Assembly (NCBI GenBank): GCA_000320545.1
Contig: ADNK01003025.1
Coordinates: 1-64,000 of the forward strand
Direction of reading: 5' to 3'
Length of the DNA: 64,000 nt
DNA from: Bigelowiella natans CCMP2755
Taxonomy: Eukaryota > Protista > Cercozoa
Shown in pieces: positions 11,223 to 24,500 of the stretch. How positions within the stretch are numbered: the stretch's first letter is position 1; every line of letters starts with the position of its first letter. The translations under genes were made by a program, and so were the position numbers. Below the pieces are notes generated by a model that saw nothing but the letters and a program-made list of their open reading frames with translations, ran no database searches and had not been told where the DNA came from.

Positions 11223-12476
11223 TCAGAGCGTAATTTCAATTTCGGACTTAGGCAGGAATTCTGACACACTTCCATCTATATCTTGGTCAGCATGATTTTG
11301 AATATTGAGTTGTTTGGAGTCCTGTTCCCCAGGAGATATCTCTAATGGTTCCGAACTTTGTAATATTGCTACCTCGAGGGATTTCGGTAGAAGAACCCCA
11401 TACTTTTGCTGCAGAAACTGCTTTAGTTCTCGCTGTACGGTGGGGTTGATGAAGAACATCAAGGCATCTAAGGGGCCCATACTCATAACACAAATTGCGT
11501 GCATCATTGTGAGCCATGAAAACTTTACAGAAAAGATGCCAATGAAACGATTCAGAGACGGAAACGACAATACCCAAATTGTGATGAGAGGATAATATTT
11601 GAGAACTCGGAAAGATCCAGATAGAATATTACTTGCGGCATTTGAATTTTGTTCTTGAAATCCTCGTAATCTTCTCCACACAGAAATGTAGGTATAGATG
11701 CAGTATCCAAGAGTAATGTATCCGAAAAGATAATCTGCGCACAAGCGGATGACTTCGTAGTTTATATTCTCTGTGTCAGCCTAAGAACGCATGGACACTC
11801 TCACAAATTATTCTTGAATTTCAATGTAAAAAGAATCGTTAGTCAAACATATAAGGTAGGCAAGAGGGCGGCAGTTGATGTTTTCAATCTTCATCCTCTT
11901 AAATAAATATCTATAAATCTCTAACCTTGACCCAGCACCAGGCTCCGCTGTTACCATATGCATCGAAGAAGAAAGGCATTACAGAAGGAAATACAGGCAA
12001 TATCTGGAACATTAGTATGAAATAGCGCATGGTTGTCGCCCCTATATTCAACGGTTTCAACGTTGTTGCAGAATCAATGACTCTGTTCAGCGTGTACGCT
12101 GTGGCATTTGCCCAGCACCACGCACTGAGGAAGAAATAGTTGAGGCCAAATGCTTGGAATTGACACCCAAAGCTGGATTCTCCATACCTTTCTGCCATAT
12201 TTCCGAAGGCAAACACTATATAAGCGCAGAGGTCGTTTAACGCCAGAAATAAAATTATACGGAAAGCGAATAAACTTTGGAGTTTTTTCACAGTTGCCAT
12301 TACTATAATGACTGCCAAAATTATGAACGAATTAATGATAGAGCACACTTGGAGGAACATGGCCTGATTTTGAAAGCAGAAGCATATCATCGGAAAATCG
12401 AATGATTTAATGTCTCTTATTAAATGGAAGCGATATCATCAGAGGGTATTATCACCAATGCCGAGGCTGATGTCAT
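11223..12476 (-). CDS. cAMP-receptor-like (Dictyostelium CAR / GCR1 family) G-protein-coupled receptor
   Basis: Large exons ~12365-11925 and ~11780-11223 encode 'FAFRIILFLALNDL', 'CQFQAFGLNYFFLSAWCW', 'YGNSGAWCWV', 'LKYYPLITIWVLSFPSLNRF' and 'GPLDALMFF', diagnostic of CAR-family 7TM receptors. The 5' end may extend further upstream. Confidence 0.85.
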
Positions 12477-13041
12477 TGTAGCTTGCTCGAAGGGAGAGAA
12501 AAGCTTCTCACAAAGATAATATTCTGAAGGAATCTAATGATAAGGGCTTTTCGGGAGGAGGGGGGTTGATTCCGTTCTAAACCATTCCCAATCTGATTGA
12601 TGATGATCCTCCTGTGTCTTCAGTTTCGGATCCTATGAGATCAAAACCTAAATGATCGACTTTTGTGAGGAGAAGTGCCTTTCATTTTCTCCTCGCGACT
12701 TCGCCAGATACAGAAATTACAAAATGTAGTAAGTACTTGTTGTTTAGTATCTGCGACATCACTTTCAACATGTCGTAAGTTCAAAATATGCGGAACAACT
12801 CTCACCCGGAGCACCGACGACCAGAAGGAAAAAGGTCGGAACGATGAATAAGCATGGCATGGCGGGTCGCCAGGATTGAGCAACTATCACTGAACGGCAC
12901 ATACCCTCTTGCCGCATTACGCTTGTTGGTTCCAACGAGGAGACCCTGTGTGGACTCCCGTCGGGGAATCTGTAGACCATGCGGCGAAATAGCATAGTTC
13001 TCTCCGTCCAGGTTGCTATGTCTGAGAATAGTTCATATATG

Positions 13042-13044
<3 letters not shown>

Positions 13045-13102
<58 letters not shown>

Positions 13103-13129
13103 ATACACACACACAGGGCGAGAGAGAGA

Positions 13130-13183
<54 letters not shown>

Positions 13184-13196
13184 AGAGAGCAGAGAG
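13045..13196. repeat. Compound microsatellite (AC)n-(AG)n
   Basis: Directly visible. Confidence 0.95.
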
Positions 13197-13220
13197 ATGT
13201 GACAATTGACTTTACAACAG

Positions 13221-15186
13221 TACTGCGGAGTAGTTATGGTGGTTCTGTGCTTCTGTCTCGGTGCGCTTGGAGCATTAGCTGCATATCTTGTCACCTCATT
13301 TGATGAAGAAAGGCAAGATATGGACCTTGTGGTATTATCGACCAACATATCATTCGTGCCTACACCACAAGAAGAAAACAGAAAATGGACGTGCTAACTT
13401 AAAGATGCAGGATAATCAATCAATGTGCCCACACGCAGGTACATCTTCGCTGGATCAGGGGCTTAGGGTATGTGCTACAGAGTGTGATGTTTGTCTTCAT
13501 GATGCAATCATAACAAGCAGAAGAACACCCCTCGCTAATTTCTCAGAGTCATCTCCTCCGCGGTCATTGCCATTCTCGCCAGTTCATGCTGTTTTCTGAA
13601 CGTTTGCTTACTTGACCGACACGGGTGCAGTGGCGGAGGTCGTTAAAAAACAAAAAACACACCCATTTCTGCCGAGTGAAAAGGGTCGTTAACTGCCCAC
13701 ATCGAGGCACTTTCTCATTTGTACTCTCGGTTCAGTGTATTTTGCAATGATAATTTCAGGAACGTTTTTCCGCTTGGGGCTTGTCGGGTATCGATGCCGA
13801 AATGAACATGTCCACAACATGGCAAGCCTATTCTGTTGTTGCCTTGTTCCTTCGATTTCTGCCCATCCTCAGCGTTGTGAGTTGAAGTCTTATTCTAGGG
13901 TGTGTACGGCTCCGCTTCTCTTTGCGTGCTCAGTTCCCATGTAAAATCTATACATGTGTCTTTGAATGATTTGATGCCTTATCCCGCCCTATATATGTAC
14001 GCATACTACAACAGATATGCTTTCTTTTCTTGCGTCGTTATGAGAAAGTTGAACAACGCTGAGTTCACCGTAGAACGGATGAAGTCCCCATTGTGGTTCG
14101 ATGGTATGGACGTAGGATAGCAATGAGGATGATCAAAGCGATGCTGCTATGCCATGACAATCACCCCGCAATGAGACCTTTCGACACACAGCTAGCTTGA
14201 AAAATTTTGAGATTAGGCTGACGAGCACATTGTCGATCTGCTTTGATGTCGCAGTTTGCTGGGGAATGATGATCGGCTCATGGATGCTGCATCTTTTGGT
14301 GCTTGCTCTGTGCAGTAGGTCGGTACTGATAATGTGAAATGTTGCCTCCTCATTATTGATACTTCACTTTCGAGTTCCTACGTCCCGACCTTGCGATTAT
14401 TTAGCCGCGTAGATCTGCCTGTAACAACGATGCCATGCCTTCTGCGCTTGACCAATTCGTATGGCAGCTGAATCATCATCAACGGTGTGTGCACTAAAAA
14501 GGATCGTGACGCTGCTTACCTGCTGCCATCATCAAGGAGGTAGCAGATGATTGTAATTCACATCCTGATGGTCTGGTCCCCTCTCAGCAAAACGTTAACC
14601 TCGTTCGCGATGTTGTTCTTCAGAGGGCTTTGACAATTACCATGAATTCGATAATCCGTCTGTGTTCTCCATGATGGATCACTACTACTACACCGAGCTC
14701 GCAGGTTGTTAAATCCATGGCGATGGACCAAAAACGCTAACAGCATGTATGTCAAAGCGAGTAATTCTAAGCATTCAGACTACAAGCTGTCTCATAATGC
14801 TGATGATGTTAGTAGACATCTTGGCATCGTCTCACTGAAGATTCTTAACATCCCCAGGCAACGGCCACACCATTTACGACCAGCAAGGAGCGGAAAAACG
14901 ATTTCATGGATCCTCTGTAAGTGCTCACTCACACATCACTGGACACTCGATGGCGTCCCAGGTGTCATACCAATTGTACGATGGGGCGGCATCTATGGCA
15001 TCATCGAAGTCCCCATCTATGGCGCACATTCCATCCCCATTTCGAGTGACTCGCCGACTATCGTCATCTTCGTCGCCCAAACGCAAACTAGAACCACATG
15101 AAGCTCTGGATGGAGTTCAGCCTCTTGACCTCTCCATGGAAAACCCCGTAGGAGAGGTTTCTGTGAATCTTGATGCTAAAAAATAG
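13221..15186 (+). CDS. Hypothetical multi-exon, multi-pass membrane protein
   Basis: AG/GT(GC)-bounded open segments encode hydrophobic stretches: YCGVVMVVLCFCLGALGALAAYLV (13221), VISSAVIAILASSCCFLNV (~13548), YAFFSCVVMR (~14015) and LSICFDVAVCWGMMIGSWMLHLL (~14230). A Ser-rich terminal exon ends at TAG 15186. Exon phases could not be fully reconciled and no family was recognised. Confidence 0.45.
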
Positions 15187-16433
15187 CACAGCATCTTACC
15201 ACCCTGAATGATCAATTATGTATTAGTTGTTGTTTCATATTTTACTGAAAACATTAAATGCTTCCTGAATCTTGAACTACAACACTTTCAATTATATTAA
15301 ATTAATTTAGCAATGCTTCCCAATCTATGCGATAAATGCGGCTCCAATGACTGTTACGATTGTGTTGAGTGCTTCGGCTTTAATATCATTAATACGATAG
15401 TGTTCTAGATTTGTTTAGTTTTGTGCATGTATTTGTCTTGAATTTAAATTATCAGTCACGTGATCGTACGCGTCGATCTAGCCTTGCTGCTGCATATTTT
15501 TAGACATGTGCATGATAAAACAAGCGCTCACTACCTAGCTACATTTCGAAGGCACAATGAAGCCAGTATGACGTAGCATTCTAAGATACGCCTAAGCAGA
15601 TCTAGAGATGGTCGACATGCTGCCGTTGTGTGCCACTAGCTAGCTAGGTCATTTATTTGTTGTATGAGAAGGATGTAATGAATTGATCAAATCTTTGCAA
15701 TGGTCATCACATGCAATGCAGCGGCTACATGTTGTGCTCATGTTGTGTCCGTTCAAATTCCATTGTCACATGTGGAATAAGCATCTTCTCTTCTACCCCA
15801 TTGCGCGCATGTCGAGCAGCACGCCTACCGGCGCGGTCTTCTCTTTCAGCCTTGGTTGAACGTTTGATGTTGTCTTTGCGGTCCGTGATGGCGGTCAACT
15901 TGTTGCGCATTTTGCGCTGGTGATGATGTGATGTGCATCGCAGGTGTGCATTTAGCTAGCTCAACGTAGCGACAGCAAGCATGCAAATGCATACATGTAC
16001 TGTATCTACATGCTAGCATGCACCGAATCATCATACGCCATGCACATATGAACTCATACGTATTTTAGTATGGCAACCTCCAGGCGTATGTGCACATGAA
16101 TGTGCCTGTGCTACTTACATCGTAAAGTCTTCGCTATCAGCTATACTCTAGCGCTGTGGCCGCCGCATTGAAGAGCTACATTAGCATGGCCATTGATCAA
16201 ATTTAAATTAATCATATTAAATCCGTCTTATACTCTAGCATTAGTGTGGCTCCAAGCTCTTATGAAGCATGCTTAGCACATTGATGCAGTGACACCAATA
16301 TTTCGGCATGATAAGCTCGTCATAATTAGGCAGAATATATGCACACTACAGCTAGCTCTAAGTGGAACTAGTTTCATACGCGACACTTCTACACAGGAGC
16401 GGCTTGTATTTGGGCCAAGATTAAACCATTGAC

Positions 16434-17324
16434 CTAATCTGCTGCTTTTTCTTCGATAGATTTATCTTCGGATATGCTCTCCGATATTTCTGCTATTTTC
16501 GGCATCTGTCCCAACATTCCTGTATTTTTCCTTACATGCGTACCACTACGATTCATGCTTCCCCGCCTAAATAATTTTGATCATCATCACAGTAGATCGA
16601 GAAATCACAAAATCAATGAGTTAGAAACCATTGTAGTGGCGCTTGTGCCGAACTGATGTGAGAAGACAAAAGGCCTCTTTTCTCGTAGCAGGACATCACA
16701 ATCTAACCACGCCGTGTGATGCGTCTACTACATATTCGTTGAAGGTGCTACTGTGAATAATATATCTGTACTTTACCCAGCACTCCTCAGGGCCATACTA
16801 CTTCGTCTAGTCAAGATTTTTATGCTCTTCTTGATGTTCGCATCCATATCTTCATAGTTGCCGACTTCGGAAAAGAAGAAGAAGAAGAAGAAGAAGAAGA
16901 AGAAAAGCATACATGTCAAAGAAGTAGACAGAAGCAAGGCAAAACAGCACAGACTCAGCAATCGTTTTCTTTTGAATCTATAAGTTTTGACTAGTACTCC
17001 TCCTTCCCAAAACGACGTTTAGTCAATATGTACATTTCATTCATGGGTGGTGTCGTGTAAATTGAAGGAAAGGAGCTCCCTCGGTCAGTACTACTACTGC
17101 TACTACAACTACTGAATCATGATGAGGGAAATCGTCATAATCATCATGTCATCTGTGGTGATGGTAGCACGCTCGCTCAATGGTGTTCATCGTCTTCGTC
17201 GTCTGATCTTACCCGTATCTAGTACTTTTCTGAATCCGGGGGTTGTTCGGAACGTGCTCAGCTTATCATTTCGCATCAGCCCCACTATTTCAACCTGGTC
17301 GACAATAATTAACACACGCACACA

Positions 17325-17384
<60 letters not shown>

Positions 17385-17412
17385 TTCATATAGGAGCTCA
17401 TAAGAAAAGGCT

Positions 17413-17449
<37 letters not shown>

Positions 17450-17767
17450 GTGACTCGTTGCCTTGTTCACGCATCATGTACCTCCATCGCAAAGAACACG
17501 TCTTCGTATATCTCGCCAGTCTCCACCTTTTCGTATAGCAGTAGTAGTACATGGGGATTTTGATTGAGTGAAAATTGAAAGAAAAAGACACATTTTCCGA
17601 CAAACGCTGTTTCGTTCAAAAAGAGCAGCAGGTCGTTTCATCAGAATGAAAAAGGAGGAAGACTGAAAGCACACACCGCGTGTATGACGTTCTTTCGCAT
17701 GAAGTCTGGTATATTGACCTCCTGAAAACAAGAATAACCAGTAGGTGCATTACACTTTCACAGCAAG

Positions 17768-17804
<37 letters not shown>

Positions 17805-17922
17805 ATGCATTCATTGTCGGAACGTTTTGTTGCACGTGTCACCCCCTCCCCTCTTCCGTCCCCTTCCTTGCCGTCTGCTTACTTCCTCTCTCAATCTCTC
17901 TCTCTGTCTCTTATATAATGTA

Positions 17923-17967
<45 letters not shown>

Positions 17968-18069
17968 ACTTGGTTGTCGACCTGGTCAGAGCCTACTTTG
18001 ACGAACTTCTCAAGTATGTCTCTCGCCATTTTGTTCACCTCCTTCTGCTCGTGTGCGTATGGAGAAATA

Positions 18070-18114
<45 letters not shown>

Positions 18115-18657
18115 GAAAATGATCGAGAGAGAAAAATCAGCATTTGATGAGAGAATGAGCAGTGGTCACCCGTGTATCTATATGCATCTTGTATAGTATA
18201 GCAATGAAGAGGATCGTAAATAAAACTAAAACTATCAGTGTTGTGCTTCAGCTTGTTGGTATTATAGGCTGCTGTTGATATGTTGGTGATCGTGTTTCTT
18301 ATTTGCCACCCTTTTTTCCCCATCCACTTGCTGGCTCCCGTCTTCGGACTTCTCGAGACAAAAAATTTAGTAATTGCAGGCATTATCAAACATTGAGATC
18401 GTAGATGGAAGAGAAGAGATCATGGTTCCGAGACTGCCAGCCGAGGAAAATAGGAATGATTGTTCGTTCATGCCACGCAACAAAGCGTTAGATGAGCAGT
18501 GCATGTCATGAATGAATTACCATGTTATAATTGTAGAATTTGCGAAATCGGACGACTGCCTCCCAGCACAAAAGGCCTTTGGTGTTCGGTACAAACCAAA
18601 ACAAAGAAGCCATAGCGTTATCGTCAATTCTTGTCAACAGTGAGATAGAACTGGATC

Positions 18658-18696
<39 letters not shown>

Positions 18697-19310
18697 ACGT
18701 ACACACTCGCAAACGTACACATACACAACGCACTTTCTAAAGCAATCTGCGATTTGAGGAACCTAGTAGGTGAGAATGGGGGAATGGGCAAGCAATAATA
18801 TCATGGTGTCAGGAGATACGAATACGCAAGAAAATATAACATACAGTCACTAGGATCCTCTTGGCATTATTATCCATTTTTCATCATATCGAGGCAGTGG
18901 CAATATTAGCCGCATCAATGACTTGGTGAATTCCCGTAGAGCAAGGGGATGGTGCAGCACAGCTCGGATCCCAGCGTTCTTCCCTATACACACATCACAC
19001 AACAATAGGCCCTTTGAGTGACTTACTCCATATGTTGTATTAATGGCAAGGACGCATATCTGTCATTTCTACTCCTCATCCTCACCCCCCTTCGACAATT
19101 GCAACTACTATATTTACTACCAGCGAGCTTAAGCTCTACATCTGCTAATGCCTGTATGATCATCAGGAAGGAGAAGAAGAAGAAGAATAAGAAGAAGAAG
19201 GAGGAGGGGAGGAGACCCATTTAAATTCCAAGAAGAACTATGGATCTGGCTTTCATCAACGCTGTGCGTGGGATCATGCGCAACGGTAGAGCAATCGTTT
19301 CATGCAGCAG

Positions 19311-19344
<34 letters not shown>

Positions 19345-20771
19345 CCGTCCCCACTGCGCTTATGACTAACTACTAATTTGATCAATACCACTACCTCTGG
19401 ATTATGGTCGAAGACTTTCTTGAAATCTTCTCGCGACATGGTGAGCAGCACCGTCTCCATGCACGTAATGCAGGTTGCTGTTCGTTTGGACTCTTCACTG
19501 ACTAAAGCTGCTTCACCAAAGTACTTACCTGTAAGGAGTAGGAATAGGAGGAGGAGGAGGAGGAGGAGGAGGAAAAGGAGGAGGAGAAGGCGACAATGAT
19601 TCTTCAATGCTACCATCCCTATGATTTGCCACCGGCACCGCTTGCAAATAATCTGTTGCAATCTCTCCTTCCCCCCTACCCCCAAGCACTAATGATCTAC
19701 CAGAATCTAGACGCGTAAGAACGCGGCCTTCCTTTGAGATGGCTACTTGCCCGTAAGAAATTATGTAGAATTCGTTTCCGATATCTCCCTGCGATTGTAG
19801 GAAGTGGTTGATGAGGTTTTGGATATGAGATCAAATCACATATATGACTTTTCTCCTTCTCTTGTTGGTCACTTTGCCCCAAAGATAATGGCGCACTACT
19901 ACCTCTTCAAAGATGGTTTCATTCTTATCGTACTTCTCGATTCGACACTTCTCCGCAACGAACGGAAATCTGTGCGTGTGAAGGAGATGATCATCAGTAC
20001 TAAAATAGCGCAGTATATCTACACAAACACACACACTCACACACACACACGCACACATTGATGTCTGTTATATTATTCCACAATGATTGACAGACTGACG
20101 AACGGACTTTTCATCAGGGATGGCCTGGAAGAATGGTATCTTGAACTTCTTGAAGGCCTCTATAATCCTAGCTCTCATCACCTTTTGTATGCGGCAGGAG
20201 GAGGACGGGGATAAGAATCGATAAACACGAAGCAAAGCAAGGGATGATCATGGGATCAAAACAATGGGATCAAAACAAAAGGTGTAGCAACGAAAAGAAA
20301 TGTCCGACGGCTCAGAAGAGTTTGTTCCAGTGTTTTCACCAAAGATGAAGATGCTGCTGTCATATTCAAAAATTCTGCAGCTATTTCACGCAAACAGACC
20401 GTCATCAAGTCGAGCCCGGCCATCTCTAAGAAGCTTCGAAATGTCTTTTTGTTGATGCCTAGGTAGTGAAGGAGGAAGGAAAAACAGAGCAACACTACGG
20501 TTGGCAAATAGACACTAATTCGAACACAATAGGAGATCGATACTAACTAGCAATACTGTTTTTCCTTCTTATTCTTCTTAGTCTTGGGAGATGTTTGTAC
20601 GATTTTATATTTCACAATGGTTATCTACATACTGAGGATCAGAGAAGGCTCTTTCACCACAACGCTTGCTGTTCTTCCGATGTCCATTATGAGAGCAACC
20701 TGAGTGTGCGGATTCGCGAAAGTATTAAGAATGCTGTAGTTGGAAAAACACTTTGCATGCGTAGCACTATG

Positions 20772-20845
<74 letters not shown>

Positions 20846-21526
20846 TTACATCGTACGTTTATTTGTTCCTACGTATTGAAAAGGGTAGAAGTATTTTTGG
20901 GTTGTATGTATCCTTCTCCTCTTCCTCTCTTGATACTACTACTGCTACTACTACTACTACTACTACTACATAGATCATCCATCATCATCACCTCGCCGAA
21001 GTAGTTTCCCTCATCCATTTTGGCAACCTCTAATTCTTTTCCTGCCATCAACAGATACACAGGACGATGAGGACAATAATGACAACAAAATGGGTATGGT
21101 GTTTGAAATCAGCAGCAGCAGCAGCGTTACTACCACTACTACGACTACTACTCAACACAATACACCTGTAGAGAAGTCTTTGCGCTGTATAACTACGGAA
21201 CCCTTTAGAATCATATAGAAACGTTCGCCGATGTCGCCTATGAAGAAAAGGACGATAATAATAATTAACTAAAATATATGATTGAGAGGAGGGGATTGGG
21301 TAGTAGGGACTCTGTCGGTGAGGAAATACAGGTGTATATATGTAAAAGCTGCATTGAATAAAGGAAGAGAAGCTTCGCACCTTCATAAAATACTATCTGC
21401 TCAGCCTGATATCTAAAGTTTGTATAATGAAATATTATGGTAAAAGGGGGATCACAGGAGAAGAATCATCAGAGGTGAAGTTGAATGATGTGTTCGTGTA
21501 TATATCATACTCTCTCACACACACAC

Positions 21527-21566
<40 letters not shown>

Positions 21567-24500
21567 TATTACGATACATTACATAGGAGATACTAGTCAG
21601 AGAGAGAGAGGGGGGGGGGGAGGGGGGGGGGGGGAGAGAACACGCTTCCTCTATTATAGATCTGTCCCATAAGATACGGAGACTTTATTAGTATTTCTTT
21701 TCCTTTATTTTTCTTTTTTTTGTGCCAAATTGATGCAATCCATACGTGGAACAATGCAGTCCTCTCCGGAGAACCTCCAGATCTTGTATATCCAGGTTAG
21801 ATAGGAACGACACCTTCTTCAGCATTTCGATGACACCCTTGCCTGAGCATTTACAATGGCAATGCGATATCGTCGTGTGTTGGGGGAATACCATTGATGA
21901 TAATAATATTTATAATATGCATGAATGAATGGTAGTAAACAAACAGCAGCAGCATCGTGCTTGTGCGTGCGTTTGTGCAATAAATACCAAGGAAGTTTAG
22001 GATCTGCCCCTTGAGGACCGGTTGTTTCTTTATGAGCTTAAAGAATTTCTTCTTCTCAAGCACTGCGCATATGACCTCCGTCTCCGCGCGGATGGAGGCT
22101 CCGCATACTCCCCCATCAAACATTTCCTCTCCAAAGAAACTAACCGGCGTTTGATACGTCAGCAGCCTTTGATTCTGCCCCCCTCCCTCATCCTTATTCA
22201 TGTATACTCCGATTCTGCCCGTGTGAAGGAGGCAGAAGATCTTACTCTCCCGCCCCAGTTTTGAGATCCACGTCCGTTCGTGGAATTTTGTTACCTTCAT
22301 CGCCTTTGCCAGGCTTTGCCGCTGTGCGTGTAACAATGATAGGTGCAGCAAAAGAACGATTGAGAGAAGTAAACGGATAGATGGTGGCATTGGGTAGTAG
22401 GAAGTAGAGATGGGGGGAGAGAGGTGAGTAGTGCTGCTGGAGTGGAATCTGAAGGCAAACGCATTGCACGCACCTGAGAATCATCGAGTATGAGTCGGAA
22501 CGCCGATTGATTGAGCACATCCATCACAGTCGTTGCCTTAACAAACGGCTTCAACGCTCCCACCCATTTGATTGCCTCATTCTCCGACCGGCAACGAAGG
22601 GTGTAACTCGTTTTGCCCTTGTGCCCTGAGGACATCTTAAGCTGCGCAGTATCAACGCAGCGGTGTCGTCGTATCGCAACATGAGAACAAAAAATACAAG
22701 TTTTTAGTATTGTTATTTTTATTGTCTGTATCATTAAAATAGTCGTCCACACCCCTAGATGATGACGGGTATTTATGACTACACAGCAAGTCCTGTTGCT
22801 GCATTAGTAGGGCCCTCGTGATATGCAAGCTATTGTTTCATATTTTCTGAGAGACTCTCCATATTCTTCTTCTTTTTCCTCATCCCTTCTTATTTTCCTC
22901 CTCTGCTCGAAGATGACACCACCTTAATGAGTCTGCCTTCCTTATACACCGAAGATACTTGGACCAGCGGGATGGTGCCTTTTTGCTTTGTGTCTTCTTT
23001 ATCATCCTGGAAGTAACCTAAATGCGACCCGAAAAATCTGTCCCGCAGCTTTAACCGGAAGTATCTTTTCTTCCAAAACCTTGTGTGGTAAAAGTGATTG
23101 GAAGAGATCGGTTATAGATTGAAACGCGTGACACTCCTACTACTACTACTACTACTACTACTATAACTACTAAGTTCTCTTTCTCCCTAAAGGTTTTTGC
23201 ATAATCCCTATAATCCCTATAGTCCCAAGCAGGGAGTATACAACAAACGTTTGGAGAGAAAGAGAGAAAGAGAACTTTATTGTCTAGAATCATGATAATG
23301 AGATTGGTAAAGAAAGTGGAAAGTGGAAAGAAAGAAGGAGGGGAGAGAAGCACAAAAACAGTAGAGAGTGGCGTTAGGTGGAATGGGAAGTAAAACGACC
23401 CAAGCTTTGATCTGCGCTCTATCCATCCTTCCAGGCCATCCAATTCCTTTAGATTATCTGTCGAAGTCCGCATAAACAACCTTTGACGATCTGTCGAAAG
23501 GCTATTAATGCTGCTGGCGTCGGAGTCCGTGGTCAAAAGCGGATTGTCGATCATACTCACTACAGCCATATCGTCTTTCAGTTGGTAAAACCGGTCGGCC
23601 GCCATTTTAAACCTGGAAAGATGGAGGCGGGGATGAACATAAATTTGAAAAACTGTCAACTAATCGGAATTCCAGCATGAAATTAGATCTATGAGCTGCT
23701 GTTGTTTTTCCTGCTGCTGCTTACGTGTCTTCCTTCCGATTTGCCTCATAGATAAGATGGTGTATTAAGAGCAGTGTTCCTAATGCCACTGCATCCTCGT
23801 CGCTCTGGCACTCGCTGCATTCGTCCGAATCACGTAGCCAGTCAAGAATGGCTGAGCCAGACACGCCTTCTTTTACGCGCTTGAACTTCCGTACCTTTGT
23901 TCTAAAGAAGAAAAAGGAGTGGAAGGGGGAAGGGGGAAGTGTAAGAGTATATAAGGCATGTAAGGATTTCATCGTCCTCCTCGCCATAGCCATCGATGTC
24001 GCGGCACATGGAGAAGTTTCAACACCTTTCGGGAAGCGAAGAAAACATCGACTTAGCGAGTATCTTGGCCTTATCAAAGTCTCCCCACTCTTCTAACATT
24101 TCTCTAACGCGCGATGTGTGCTTTTCTTCATCCACGAAATGGTACATGTGTTTCCGAGACATGTTAAGTTTTTTCCCCTCAACAGGCCAGATGAACCTCC
24201 AACATCTGATCAAATGATAAGGGGAAGAAAGGAGCTTTAACGGTGATAATGTTACATTCCTCGCTGCAGCAGCATGACCCTGGATGTTTTATATCATCAT
24301 CTTCATCATCATCATCATTATCATCAGTGTTAGTAGAATCATCCAAAGCATCATTCTCTCTAGGAACTCAAATGAAGTTGCGTACGTAATAAGCGTCCCG
24401 AATTCGATCGCTTTCTCTTCGTTCATAGCAACTTGCGACTCTAGGACCCAGTCAATAATCTGCACCCCCGACATGCTATCTTTGTACTTCTTAAACTTGT

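Noticed and set aside
15725-15910. 61-aa charged ORF in the convergent spacer
   Set aside because: Short, no recognisable family or splice context; possibly a decayed TE fragment but unsupported.
6409-21672. ORFs with HTHTHT, CVCVCV, YIYIYI, RERERE, poly-M/S/C/F runs
   Set aside because: Translations of intronic microsatellites, not proteins.
24019-24025. Apparent premature stop (LPERC*) between the DEP domains
   Set aside because: A GT donor (GAA AG|GTGTTG) precedes the stop and splices in phase to TAG|A ACA AAG, so this is not a pseudogene or readthrough.
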